Shown here piece after piece: positions 25,972-38,568 of a stretch of DNA of 51,575 nucleotides; position 1 is the first letter of the stretch, and each line of letters opens with the position of its first letter. The position numbers were made by a program, and so were the translations under genes. Source of the DNA: Trichinella spiralis (taxonomy: Eukaryota); contig NW_003526948.1 of the NCBI RefSeq assembly GCF_000181795.1, positions 2,596,857-2,648,431 of the forward strand. Reading direction: 5' to 3'. The notes beneath the pieces are model-generated. The model was not told where the DNA came from. It did not search any database and was given only the letters and a program-made list of their open reading frames with translations.

Positions 25972-27912
25972 ATGGGCAAAGTCAACTATCGACCGATTGA
26001 AAATTCCCCTTCCAGCAGAGGTTGGTTGTCGTTCTCTTTGCCGGTCAACGTCTCGCTTCGCCTCAACGGATCATCATCTTTCAGCCTGTTGTTGATCACT
26101 GTTCTTCTCTTTTACCTTCTTTTCTCTTGCTCTTCCACAACAACAGTCCAAGGTATGCTTCTCGTCGTGTTTGTTTGTTTGTTTGTTTGTTTATTCAAAT
26201 TTTGTACAGCAACGCCCGAGTGTGGTGTGAGCCGATGCGCGCAGGAATTCACTCGCTCGTTGAACAGTCACAAAGTTTTGGTCAGTTCCAATTTGCCCTA
26301 CTGCCTGCTTTTGGAACAGTACGAAAAGTGCCTGCGGTCGACTGGCCGCAGTTGTCGTGGCAATTTGCTGTTCCACTCGATCAACTCGATGATCAGCAAC
26401 CACTTGAGCTCGTACGATTGCTCGGCCCTGGTCCAACGTTACCGGCAGCAGCTCAACGGCGGCGCCGTCCCCCAATCGGGACCGTATCCGGGCGCTGACC
26501 AGTCGATTGGGCCGGTCAGTTCCGGTAGGTGCTTGTTTCCGTACCATCACCAGCGGGGAGCCAGCGGCTACAGGTACTGTACCGTTTTCGGCGACCCCCA
26601 CATCCGCACCCTGGGCGGCCAGCACGAGACCTGCCTCACTTTGGGAGCTTGGCCACTGGTCGACGACTCCTATTTTGCCGTTCAAGTGACCAACGAGCCG
26701 CTCGGTCGCGGCGTCGGTGCTTCTTGCATTGGCAAGGTATGTTTTTCAATGAGCCAACAGAAAAAACATTTTTCTCTCGCAAGTTCATCGCAATTGTTTT
26801 TTCGTGTTTTGTTTTCATGCTAACCTGATCAATTGCCTTTTTTGAACAACAAATAATAATTTGCGGTTAAATTAATAAGCGGACATGAAAAGAGAGAGAA
26901 CGATTGAATCCATTAATTATGATAAGGATCAGCTTGTTTTCCTAATGAAATCAGCTCAAGCAGATGACGACGCTTCTGCTTCGGGGTGGATTTTGAGAAG
27001 GGAAAATTTTTCTCCAAAAAATGAAATGCTTTTCTTTCACACATTTTTGCCAACGAATGGTTGTCGACAAAAATGATTTTCAAGTTCATTTCTACTTTTT
27101 TGTTACAGATTACTGTAATTATCAAGTCGTTGACCGGTTGCACTGAGCAGAAGATGTACGAAGCGACGAGGGAATTTCTGCCGTCCGCTTTTGTCGACGG
27201 CACAACGCACAGCGAAGAATTGCCTTCCGGAACGACTGGCGAAAGCCGGTCGTCGGGCAAGTGGCCAACCCAACGTCCGGCGGTGGTGATAAGAGAATTG
27301 GTGGCCAACGAGCACGTTGAAATCTTCATCCGGTACATAAGCACCCGTCTGACTGTCCGGCTGGCAGGCGGCTATTTGCTGTTCAGCGTGAAAGTGCCGG
27401 AGGAGATCGTTGCGCAGAGAAGTTCGGCCAGCGCGTTGCAACTCTGCTTGACCGGATGTCCGGCCGGCGAACGGCTCGACTACAAGGAGATGCTCGCCGA
27501 CCCCGAGCGCCTGTTGCCGGCTCTCGGAGTGACCGGTCCGGCGATGCAGCGCCACAGCGCCGAGCGGCTGTGCAAAGAGGCCGGGGCTGCGGATTTTTTC
27601 TTCGACGCCTGCGTTTTCGACCTGCTCGTCACCGGCGACAAGCAGTACCGCCACTCGGCCGCCCTGGCGTTGCGGGATATCCGCCAACTCTACCCCGCCT
27701 ACAGTCGCAACTACGAGACCAACCGAACCGACTTGCGCCTCTACGAAATGCTGGCCAAAATCGAACGCCGCAAAGCGTTCCTCACCACGGGCGGGGTCGA
27801 CGCGGAGCCGGCGCCGTCGAACGGGGCTGAGGGCGTTGGCCCGGAGGCGTTGTTCGCCACACTTTTGCCGCCACTGCTCCTATCACTGCTGTTCGCTGTT
27901 CCTCACTGCTGA
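25972..27912 (+). CDS. drag-1: Repulsive guidance molecule (RGM/DRAG-1) BMP co-receptor, GPI-anchored
   Basis: Exons 25972-26152, 26210-26736 and 27109-27912. Hydrophobic N-terminal signal; RGM-N cysteines (CGVSRC...YCLLL...CLRSTGRSCRGNLLFHS); autocleavage CTVFGDPHIRT; GAWPLVD..YFAVQVTN; LQLCLTGCP; FFDACVFDLLVTGD; hydrophobic C-terminal GPI signal. The start may lie in an upstream exon (acceptor at 25943). Confidence 0.93.
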
Positions 27913-28873
27913 TATCCCTTCACTTGTTTGTTTATTTCGAAAAACCAAAAAACAAATCTGCTTTTCTTTTTTCCATTATTTTAATAATGCACATTTTTGA
28001 ACTTTGTTGTGATCACGACCGGTGGTGAATTAATTTTCTGCAAATGATAAATCCATTTTTCTTCACTCTTCAACTTTTTCTCTTCAAAGCCAACCTCCCA
28101 CTGTGTCTTCTGCCCCGGAGTTTTCGCCCTTGGCAACAAGACCGTCATCAATTAGCTGCGGTATTTTTATCTTCTATCCTCTATTCACCATCATCGAAAA
28201 CTGTGTGCCCTTGTCCTGTGTCTGTGTTGTTGGATGGAATATTGTGTCGTTTTGTCTGTTGAAAAAAAATATTGTTTATTTTAATAAAATTGATCAATAT
28301 TTCTTTTTTTTCCAACCACGCGCACGCCAGCTTTTTACCAGAGCACAACGTTGCGCGGAAAAAAAATATATAAAATCTGTCCAAAAGTTGCTTCTTCAGA
28401 TGCGCATCTCAATCTGACAACAATAACAACAACTGGCCGCTTACTTAATAGGACGGATATTGCCGCTGCTCACAACAGTGCGGCTGTTCATCACCAGCAG
28501 CTGTCCAGGAGACGGCAATATGGTAAATGATGCTCGCGACGACAACTGACGGCAGGGAAGAGAACCCTGTCAGTTGGAACAGTTGGTCAGATCCAACAAC
28601 TGACACGCCCACAACGACAACTCAATGCGGTCGAACGACAAGTGGAAACAGACCATTTTTCTCTGCTGTGAAAAGCATACCCAAAAGTATCCATTTTCAT
28701 CTGGGATGAAGCTGTTCCCATACTGCTTCTCTGTTGAACAACCACTTCTTTTCTCGCATTATGTATTCTCACCAAAATCATACAGTGCCATAATTTCATT
28801 CCAAAATGTAAAAGGCAGCCGGTAATCGTAAATTCTAGACGACTAATCACTACTAAAGCTAATCTATTTAATT

Positions 28874-29416
28874 CTAACCAGTTGAATAGTGGGATGTCAT
28901 ATGTCGCTGATTATATTTATCACCAAATAAAGCACTAGCAAGTAAGTGATTATTACGCGAATGGTCATCACAGCGCTGCGAAATCGAACCCCGCACAGCT
29001 ATTCTTCTGCAAGGGTATATATTATATGCGTTACGCTGCAAAACATTTTCACATACACAACCAAATATCATACAAAATGATTCCATTTCAAACTTTGAGT
29101 GGAAAATGATAGTTTTTTTTCGTGGGCATTTTTTCCTAACTGTAACTTCTTTAGTCGTATAATTCACGCAGAGGCATATTGTTATTTTCATAAATAGTTG
29201 AGATGAATAAGGCGACGGCCAAAAATACCCTTCTTTATTCGACTTCAATTCAGTGGCAACGGTTAATTCGACCGGCATGCAATCGAATATAGCCATCCGT
29301 CTATGACTAACTGGTTGTTCTTGCAAAATGTGTTCGTATGACTCTTTCTTTATTTCGATTCGATATTCGAACCAAGAACGGCGCACCTCCTGCAGTGGAA
29401 CATAACTACTAGCCAT
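28874..29416 (-). CDS. Hypothetical intronless 180-aa ORF of unknown family (possibly a decayed element)
   Basis: Open frame with ATG, long for DNA of this composition; no recognisable motif. Confidence 0.2.
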   Translation of the reverse strand: MASSYVPLQEVRRSWFEYRIEIKKESYEHILQEQPVSHRRMAIFDCMPVELTVATELKSNKEGYFWPSPYSSQLFMKITICLCVNYTTKEVTVRKKCPRKKTIIFHSKFEMESFCMIFGCVCENVLQRNAYNIYPCRRIAVRGSISQRCDDHSRNNHLLASALFGDKYNQRHMTSHYSTG

Positions 29417-30494
29417 TTCGTTATTTACATAAATCGTTGAGAAGAGAATTACGGATGTTATTTTCCGTCGGTTTTGCCAGTAGTAAAGTTTTTACCACAT
29501 GGCTTCATCGTGTAGTAATGTAGCTCATTCACGTTAAAACATCTACTGAACTACCACGTTCATATTTTCATCTTACCGATGAGAATTGAACCAGCCAGTA
29601 ACAACCTACTACAACGGAATATAACCATGGGGATATTTCCGCTGGCAAGATGAATGTAATTATTTCTTGTATTTATGGGCTCGACAAGTTATCAATATAA
29701 ATCTAAAAATAAAATATATAATTGAAAATGAAAATGAATAATAGCAGTTATGAACTTCAGTTAGCAAGAAAGTTTTTTATTGATAAAGTTGTTTTTTTAA
29801 TTTAATACATCTCACAATTTATTTGCTATTTTTCCCACATTTTTCATGTAATTTGGTTTGTTTTGGAAATTTGCAATTGCATTATTAAGTTATTTCTATT
29901 TATATGAATTTTTGACTCTTTCTTTATTTCGATTCGATATTCGAACCAAGAACGGCGCACCTCCTGCAGTGGAACATAACTACTAGCTATTTCGTTATTT
30001 ACATAAATCGTTGAGAAGAGAATTACGGATGTTATTTTCCGTCGGTTTTGCCAGTAGTAAAGTTTTTACCACATGGCTTCATCGTGTAGTAATGTAGCTT
30101 TCGCTCATTCACGTTAAAACATCTCGTGAACTACCACGTTCATATTTTCATCTTACCGATGAGAATTGAACCAGCCACTAACAACCTACTACAACGGAAT
30201 ATAACCATGGGGATATTTCCGCTGGCAAGATGAATGTAATTATTCCTTGTATTTATGGGCTCGACAAGTTATCAATATAAATCTAAAAATAAAATATATA
30301 ATTGAAAATGAAAATGAATAATAGCAGTTATGAACTTCAGTTAGCAAGAAAGTTTTTTATTGATAAAGTTGTTTTTTTAATTTAATACATCTCACAATTT
30401 ATTTGCTATTTTTCCCACATTTTTCATGTAATTTGGTTTGTTTTGGAAATTTGCAATTGCATTATTAAGTTATTTCTATTTATATGAATTTTTG
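29339..30494. repeat. Head-to-tail tandem duplication, ~575-580 bp x2
   Basis: 29339-29914 and 29913-30494 both begin tgactctttctttatttcgattcg and end tatatgaatttttg. They differ by a few substitutions and a 6-bp indel. Confidence 0.95.
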
Positions 30495-31714
30495 GGCTTT
30501 GCGTAGTGAGATGTGAGAAATGAAAAGCATTGCCGATAAAAAAGTGCATGGCTGAACAAAAATTTTTTACCATCCCAATTTTTCTGTGCTGTTGATCATT
30601 TTAATTTTTAAAAAAACTGTCTTTTTTTTTGATTAACACTTGTTTTTGCTGAGCTGTTGTTGATTAGTTTTATTTTGCAAAATTTTTTAAATGAATTCGT
30701 AAAAAAATTTTTTTATGTATTTGTTTATTTTATAATTGATTTGTATAATTTGTTATGATCGAAATTTTTGATAAAAAAAGAAAAATATTTTGTTGTAAAA
30801 AATGTTTTAATCCTGAATATCACAATGTATTTTCTTTTGTAGAGTTTGATAGGTCTCGGTTTGAGCGAAATGTTGGTCAACGATTAGGTTGTGCTCAGCT
30901 GGTAAGTAGATTGTTATCACTTATCGTAATTGGAATATCAATAATGAATTATATGATTATTGTTTCTGTCCGATTGAACTTTTATTTAAATTACTTCGGA
31001 ACGTGTTTTCTTATTTGTTTCAATGGGCACAGTTTTTGATTCCACGAGACAAGTTTAAGTTTTACCGTTGCGGTGAAAAGAAGTCCTTGAATTTTATGAT
31101 TTATGATTTATTATTAACTGTTCGTTTACATAAGAGTTTCCCTTTTAATTTTGAAATTGATTGAATAATGTCGAGTTGATTATGACTATGATGTTGGCTG
31201 TTACTTCTTTTTCGTAATTTAATCTTTTTTTACTTGTTGCGTGTATAATCTTATGTTTTGTTTTTATTTTTATTTCAAGACATATTTTTTGTTTTGATTT
31301 GTTTTGTTTTGTTTTTTTTTGGTTTTTATGTTTTAAATAGTTGCAGCAAGTGTTGTTCGGTTTGTGCATTGTATAATGTTTTATAAATGAATTTGAATTT
31401 TTATCCGGTGTATAATTTTGATCGAAGTGAATTAGATTAATATTAATTCCAGTTGCTCGAATGCTTTCATGTAATGTTGTTTACTTTTTGATTGCAGTCA
31501 GATTGTTGCTTTTTTGGAATGGTAGACTGGAATTTGATTTGTAAGCGTTGTTTGTTATTGCAATTCTATTTCTGTTAGGAAAAATATCAGTATGTTTGAA
31601 ATGAAATTTGATATTGATAAATGTAGCGGTGGTGGTGATTTGATTTGAATTATTAAATTGGTTTTTTTTTTCGACTTTTTTAGGCAAATTTGTTATTGTC
31701 AAAAAGTTGTCATC

Positions 31715-33845
31715 ATGGAAGGTCCATTGAGCAAGTGGACGAATGTCATTGAAGGTTGGCAATTCCGACTGTTTGTTCTCGACGAAACTGCCGGCACGTT
31801 ATCATATTATACGGTATGTTTGTAATTTGTAAAAAAATGAAAATAATATTGATTTTGTTTTTCCATATCTGAAACGTTTAGTCTCAAGATAAAATGAAGA
31901 AAGGACAAGTGCGTGGATGTGTCCGTTTGAAGGTAGTTTGTGTGGAAGAAAAGAAACAATTCGCTTAATTAGCATCGCAAGGTTTTCGGTTTGTTTTGTT
32001 CATGTTGCAGGGTGCCGTTGTTGGGATAGATGACGAAGATGACTGTACTTTTACAATAACAGTTGATCAGAAGATGTTCCATTTTCAAGGTGAATTTGAA
32101 ATTTTTGATCGATAGAAAATGAACAATTTTGTTTTCATACATACGACATTTTGTATTCTTTTAGCAAAAGATTATGAAGAACGTGATCGTTGGATTTCAG
32201 CTTTGGAGAAAACAATTCAAGAACATTCCGATATATATCGTTATCGTTTCAAAGTGACAATTTTTATGCTATTTGTTTGTTTGTTTGTTTTTTTTGAAAA
32301 AAATGTGAACTGTAAAGTTTTCTCATCTTTCATTTGTTCAGTGGGTTAAATTAATTGTTCAATTGCATTTTTATTTAAATTTTCTTATGATTCGGTATTT
32401 GGGTGAAATAAATCAATTTTTCTTGCAGCATACAAATGTAGGTGTGGCACGTTCGTCGTCCAGTTATATTCAGTTTGAAAAACGCATTGCACAAGTGGAC
32501 ACTTATTTGCAGATGGTTATTGATCGTATTCAGGTATGGAATTTGGTTCAATTGTTGAAATGATGATGATCAGTTTGATTGTTTTTTTTTTTAATCTTCT
32601 TCACTTGTTCATTTCAGCATTTGGAAAGTTTCGTTGCCGATCTAAAGCCTGAAGAGGAAAGTGGGAAAATTTCTCGAATCATCCAAATCGCGAACGAAAT
32701 GTTGGATTCTGTGAAACATTCGGTCGTTCTTCTACAGTATGCTAAGGTTCGTTTTCGGTTGGTTTTTCTGTAGAATTTAAATTTGACCAACAATTAAATT
32801 TGCCCAGAATGAAATTGTTCCCGAAGAGTCGAAGGCGTTGGTCGAGACGAACAGTGCTGTTTCCGGTGAGCAGAAATTGAACGCCGGTCCGTTGTCGAAT
32901 TTGGAACCATTCCAAAAGAGCGGCATCAAACCACCACCGTTGGAAGAGGAAAAGATTGGCGACGACGACGAAACCCAACTGCCCACTGATTCGTCGTTGT
33001 TGTCGACCGTTGAAAATATTCAATTCAAAGACGAACCGATTTTATCCTATTCCAAATCGGACGAAGAAGATGAACTTTATTACGATTCGGTTGAACAAAT
33101 GGCAATGCTTGTCGACGATATGCAGTAATTGTTGAATCGATCATACCAATTTTTCAATCGGTATTTATTTGTTTGTTTGTTAAAGGATAGAATCGCGCGA
33201 AGGTGAAATGAACAATGGAATTGTGAATCAGTTGAACAATTCTTCTACTGGAGAGGCTGACGATTTTCCGTATGTTCTTCACAATGAACCTCAATTTACC
33301 GATCCTGGAGTCAATTTCGACAGTATGGAAATTTTTTCAATTTTACGAACATTTTCATTTTTGTATTGATCAATCGATAAGTGTACTTTCAGTTTGCATT
33401 ACAGTAAGATAAAAGAAAAAGATGGTCAAGAATTTTCTTTTTACTTTATGTTATTGTTAAATTATTTTTATCAAGTTGTAATGTAAAATGAAAGTGTAGG
33501 TATGTATGTATTTTGTTTTTTAATTATAGTTTTATTTTAGTGCTGTACGATGATGATGCGGAAGACGAACGTAAGTTGTACAAAAGAAATGTTTTTTTTG
33601 CATCTTTCATTTTGCCTCATACGATATTGTGTGTTTTTGAACAATTTCAGTCGAAGATACTCGAGAGCATGGCAGTGTTATTATGCACCTTCTTTCTCAA
33701 CTTTCGGTTGGGATGGATTTGACAAAGATAGTTTTGCCAACTTACATTCTCGAACGTCGCTCTTTGCTTGAAATGTACGCTGATTTCATGTCATTTCCTG
33801 ATTTATTTGAACGGTATATTGTTGTTTTTTCTTCTTCTTATTCCA

Positions 33846-33881
<36 letters not shown>

Positions 33882-35151
33882 GTGATGAGATAAATGGAAT
33901 GTTGAATTTTTAGAATTGCCGACTGTGAATTGGCAGATGATCGTATGCTGGCAGTTGTACGTTGGTATTTGTCCACATTTTACGGTGGTCGACGTAGTGG
34001 ATTGGCGAAAAAGCCGTACAATCCGATATTAGGCGAAGTGTTCGCTTGCTGTTGGAATTCTCCTTCTGTCAAAGCTAGTGACGAAAAAGTTGCCGACGGC
34101 CCTGTACCGACGGCTACGGTTAATCAAATTACGTTCGTCGGTGAACAAGTTTCACACCATCCTCCAGGTTTGTTTAATTAATTTGGTCGATCAATCAATT
34201 ATGCCATGCTATGTTGGGTTTTTGCAGTATCGGCATTTTACGTGGAACATCCGTCGAAAAAGCTGCAGCTCAATGGTCACATTTGGACCAAGTCGAAATT
34301 TTTGGGATTGTCCATCGCGGTCCACAACGTCGGTCAGACGTGCTTGTCGGTTTTGGAACGAGGCGAAGAATACTTATTCGACTTTCCCAACGGCTACGGC
34401 CGGTCGATACTTACAACTCCGTGGGTTGAATTTGGCGGCAAATGCAGCATCCGATGCGAAAAGACCTCATATCACGCGGATATTGAATTTTCCACCAAGG
34501 TTTGAATACAACAAGCGACAGTCGTTGAATTTTGCATTATTCGTTCAAAGTTATGTTGAAAAAAAATATGGTCAAATTCTGTTTGCAGACGTTCTACAGC
34601 GGCAAAGCTCATTGTTTGAAAGTGGAAGTTTATCGTCCGGCGGAGAAGAGTCCGTACGCGACAATTCGTGGACAATGGAACGGCGTCATGCACATCAAGA
34701 CCAACCAAACGGTATGATTGGTGTTTGATTTGATTTCATTCGATTGGTGATAAAAGCGATTTTTGAAGGAAGAAGTGTTCTTGGATGTTCGCAAGTTGGA
34801 TCCAACTGGCAAACTTTGCCGACCTATTGCAGAGCAAAAGCCGAACGAATCGAGAAGGTAATTTCTGGATGTTTTTTTCACTAGCATTGGGTGGAATTGT
34901 TCTTTCTTTTCTTTCAATTCTTTACTGTATTTAGACTTTGGCGACACGTCACGGCGGCGTTGAAGGAAAAAGATGTCCACCGAGCCACGAGATGCAAATT
35001 TTGGCTTGAACAGAAGCAACGCGATGCAGCCGCTCGCAGAGCTTTGTCGAACGTGGCCTGGAAGCCGAAGTTGTTCGAACAAGTTGCCGGCGGTTGGATG
35101 TACCACAAGCCGCTTTCGAAGCGTGGACAATTTCCACATCAAGAAAAGTGA
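31715..35151 (+). CDS. OSBPL9: Oxysterol-binding protein-related protein 9 (PH domain plus ORD), multi-exon
   Basis: [23 protein letters not shown]...[44 protein letters not shown] (ORP9-type PH); [52 protein letters not shown] signature; [28 protein letters not shown]. Confidence 0.94.
33847..33880. repeat. (TTA)n microsatellite in an OSBPL9 intron
   Basis: Direct trinucleotide run. Confidence 0.9.
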
Positions 35152-35490
35152 ACTTTCTTTGTGTTCATGGGATGACGTGAGATGCGAGCTGCTGCTGCTG
35201 ATCAAATTAAATCTAAATGAATCGAATTAGTGCTCTGCTTGTGCAGTTGAAATTGAAATTTACCAAGCTAATAATAAAAATGCGGTCATCTCGTGCGTGA
35301 AATGATCTTTCTCTTTTGTTCAGCGATGTTTGTTCATCGAGTATTTTTTTTTATCATACGGCGTGTGATGTTTATTGAATAATAATTCCATTTCCAAAAA
35401 TCATTTTTACCGTCAGGCAAGAGAGAGAGACTGTGTGTAGAGTGAGAGACAGTGGGAAGAGTAAGATTAAAAGAGAGAGAGAGAGAGAAT

Positions 35491-35953
35491 ATGGGATTTT
35501 TGTTGTCCACAAGAGTGGTTCGGCAATGGTTGTTCAACAGTTTGATACTGACAAGTGGACGAACCCACTGCCACGTGGCGTCCTTGGGCAAAACCAAACG
35601 ATCGCAGTATCATCGCAAATATTGGACTCTGCTGGTCAAACCGGACGGAAGTACAGTACACTTTCGTTACAAAGAGCCGAGAAGAATAATTACAGTATGC
35701 TTTTTAATTTTTTCAAATGGAAGTTGTTCTTCACGATTCAAATTCCACTTGTGACAGAAAACAAAACGCTACAAAGAAAATATTTATTATTGTTTTGTTT
35801 TTTTATTAGCTTCCTATTGATTTGAGTATGTTGAGCGAAAAGGAAAGACTCGAAAGAATTGCGGAACGAAATCCGACGAAACTTTCTCACGATGATATTG
35901 TCGAAGAAGTTTTCAATTTTAACGAGTACGCATATTTGTGGAAGAAAAAATGA
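35491..35953 (+). CDS. MRPL55: Mitochondrial ribosomal protein L55 (bL31m), 2 exons
   Basis: Exons 35491-35694 and 35810-35953: ...TLLVKPDGSTVHFRYKEPRRIIT/LPIDLSMLSEKERLERIAER...FNEYAYLWKKK*. Basic presequence-like N-terminus; the stop overlaps AATAAA. Confidence 0.88.
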
Positions 35954-36667
35954 ATAAATTCATTCGCATCCACTCGTGCTGTAGTGTTTGTTGTATATAT
36001 ATAATTAAATTAGGCATATGTATATTTGTTGTTGTTGTACTGTAGAATTGATGATTAATGTCGACCTTTATTGTCGCGATAGATGAACTTTGACACACAC
36101 ACACACAAACACACGGTCAGTGAAATTATTGAATGCATGTTTTATATTTTTGTTTCATGCTGTGCACAATTGCTGCTTCTTGCACTGAACAGTGCAATGT
36201 TCAAAACTGGTCGTTGCAACAAAGTGAATTGTATTTTGTTTTTTTCGTTTGAAAAACAAAACGAGCAATGAGGAAGAAAAAGAACATACACCGGTCAAGT
36301 GATGAGCTAAGTTTGAAATTGTCACAAGATCAATCAATAATAATAATAATAATAATTGGAAATCAATTTGCTTATGCAAATTACTTGTTTGCTTATGCAA
36401 AAAAATGTCGGTGCTGATGAGAAGGGAACGAATGGATCATTTTCAACAGTTAGACGTGTGAAAAATACTAATAAAAGTCGACAATGAAAAGCAAAATTCG
36501 TTCAAAGAAAAAGCAGCTAATGCACAACTGCACAAAGCAGGCAGCGTATATATATATATATATAACAAAGCAGTTTAATTAATTAATTAATTAATGAACG
36601 AAAATTTGCCAAATTGTAGAAATTGCCCGTAATGCTTCTTTCATCAATGAACGAGTCATTCATTCAG

Positions 36668-38568
36668 TCAAACTTCCGTAGTTGAAGTAACTTTTGCACT
36701 ACGTACAGCGGTGAAATAAGAAACACGGTCGTTGTTTCTAGGATTGTTGTTGCTATTTGTTGCATCGTCTCGGAATCGGATATTCTCTTGAACGACATCA
36801 TCATAAGCAGGCGGAGCAATCCTACACGAAATGTTCACGTATAATTTTTCGCTTGATTTAATAAAACAAACTGAACAACAAACAATCAAAACAATACAAC
36901 AAATTTATCAATTTATTTTCTATGCACGTTGCATTATCAAAATTCCAATCATTAACAAACCCATATATACATGATATATCTATATGCATACATAGCATGT
37001 AGTGCAGTCTATTTTTGAAATAAAAATATTGCATATGAATATACATATATGTATATAGATTGTGTGTGTATGTTGTTTTCTTATCACAACAACAACAACA
37101 AAATCACCGAGCTTACCATCCTCTGCTATTGGCTTGTTGTTGATCATTTGACGACGGCCTCTCGGAAAGTGAAAAATCCTGTCATTAATTTATTATTATT
37201 GTTAATTTATTTTTTGTCTAAAATATTTGTACCGATTCTTGGAACTTTTTTCTCCTGACAAAGCCGTCGAAAACGAACAATCCAAAGCCGGTGCACATCA
37301 TAACCACACCGAGAATAATCAACGCCAAACCGAGAGCCTGTAAAAATTTCAAAAATCACCAAAGCATATATTTTTTCGGTATTGAAATAATAAATTCTTT
37401 TTTTTCAAAAATACAATTATTATCCACAGGCATTCCGTGAATAAATTAATCCAAATTTAATTGCAAAACTAAAATGCGATAAAGTATTGTTTTCTAGAGA
37501 TAATTTTGAAATTATATTTTCACTTGTTTTCTCTTCTTCTTCTTTCAATTCAAATCCGTAGTAAATATGAATAAAAAAATTTTTATTTTTGCATAATTGT
37601 TTTATTAAAAACAAATTGAAAATTTTTCCTCTCGTCGTATTAATAAAAATTATTTTTCTTTTTCCTCCCCATTTTATTCATTGTTTGTTATTTTTCACCA
37701 ATATTACTGTACAAATCGTTCGAAATGAAACACGCATTTGAAAAAAATACGGCGATAAAAATGGCGCGAAAGTTACGGTAAAATTAAACGCAGTAAATTT
37801 TTTCTTTTCTATTTTTTTGTTTTCATTGTGGGCAAAAAAAATTGTATTGTCATTGTTTTGAAATTAGTTCAGGAAAGAAAAAAGTTCAACAATTTGAATA
37901 AAAATTTCTTCCAAAAATATTTCACTCGACTTGTATTTGTCATCGTGAATAAAAATTTCAATTATTGCCAACGCGATAGAGATAAATATGCGGATGAAAA
38001 CCGGTTTTGGTCCAGTTTACATTTGCACTACTGGGAATGGACGAACAAGTCTTACATTTAAAATGGGAGATCATCACGTACAAAAAGAAAAGAAATGGTG
38101 TAAAATGCACTGATTATAATTTTACTGTTGTTGTTGTTGTTGCTTGTATATATTTTTTAAATATAAAAAAATAAATATATTCCACTAGATAATGACGATT
38201 ATTGGATTTTTGGAGAAAAAATTTTCAAATGATAGTGGACGAAAAAAATCGATAATTTAATAGTTGTTTACAATTGGTTTCAGTTGGATCAGAATTTCGC
38301 TTACTTTTGGCGTAATGTCGTGCCACATGAAGCCACAAATGCACGCTCCAATTGCCGCCAGTACAAGACCGGACAAACAAACGCAGAGGGCCAAAACTAA
38401 CGGCGTGCAACGACACGAAGGCGCTCGGAATGGACCAATTCTAAATTTAATAAAAACAGAACAGATGAAAAAAAAATTCATAATTAATAATTTGCAAAAA
38501 AAAAAATTTCAAATTTGGTACGTTTTGATAACACGTGGTTGAACTGGAATTTGCACATTGTCGGACAT
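36668..38568 (-). CDS. Orphan 193-aa protein with two TM helices and a cytoplasmic PPAY motif, 6 exons
   Basis: Exons 38568-38522, 38440-38305, 38050-37973, 37337-37233, 37178-37117 and 36821-36668 splice in frame (582 nt): MSDNVQIPVQPRVIKTIGPFRAPSCRCTPLVLALCVCLSGLVLAAIGACICGFMW...ALGLALIILGVVMMCTGFGLFVFDGFVRRKKF...WIAPPAYDDVV...TEV*. Confidence 0.7.

Noticed and set aside
26022..27830. Alternative-frame and antisense ORFs of 124-194 aa over RGM
   Set aside because: Expected by-product of GC-rich coding exons.
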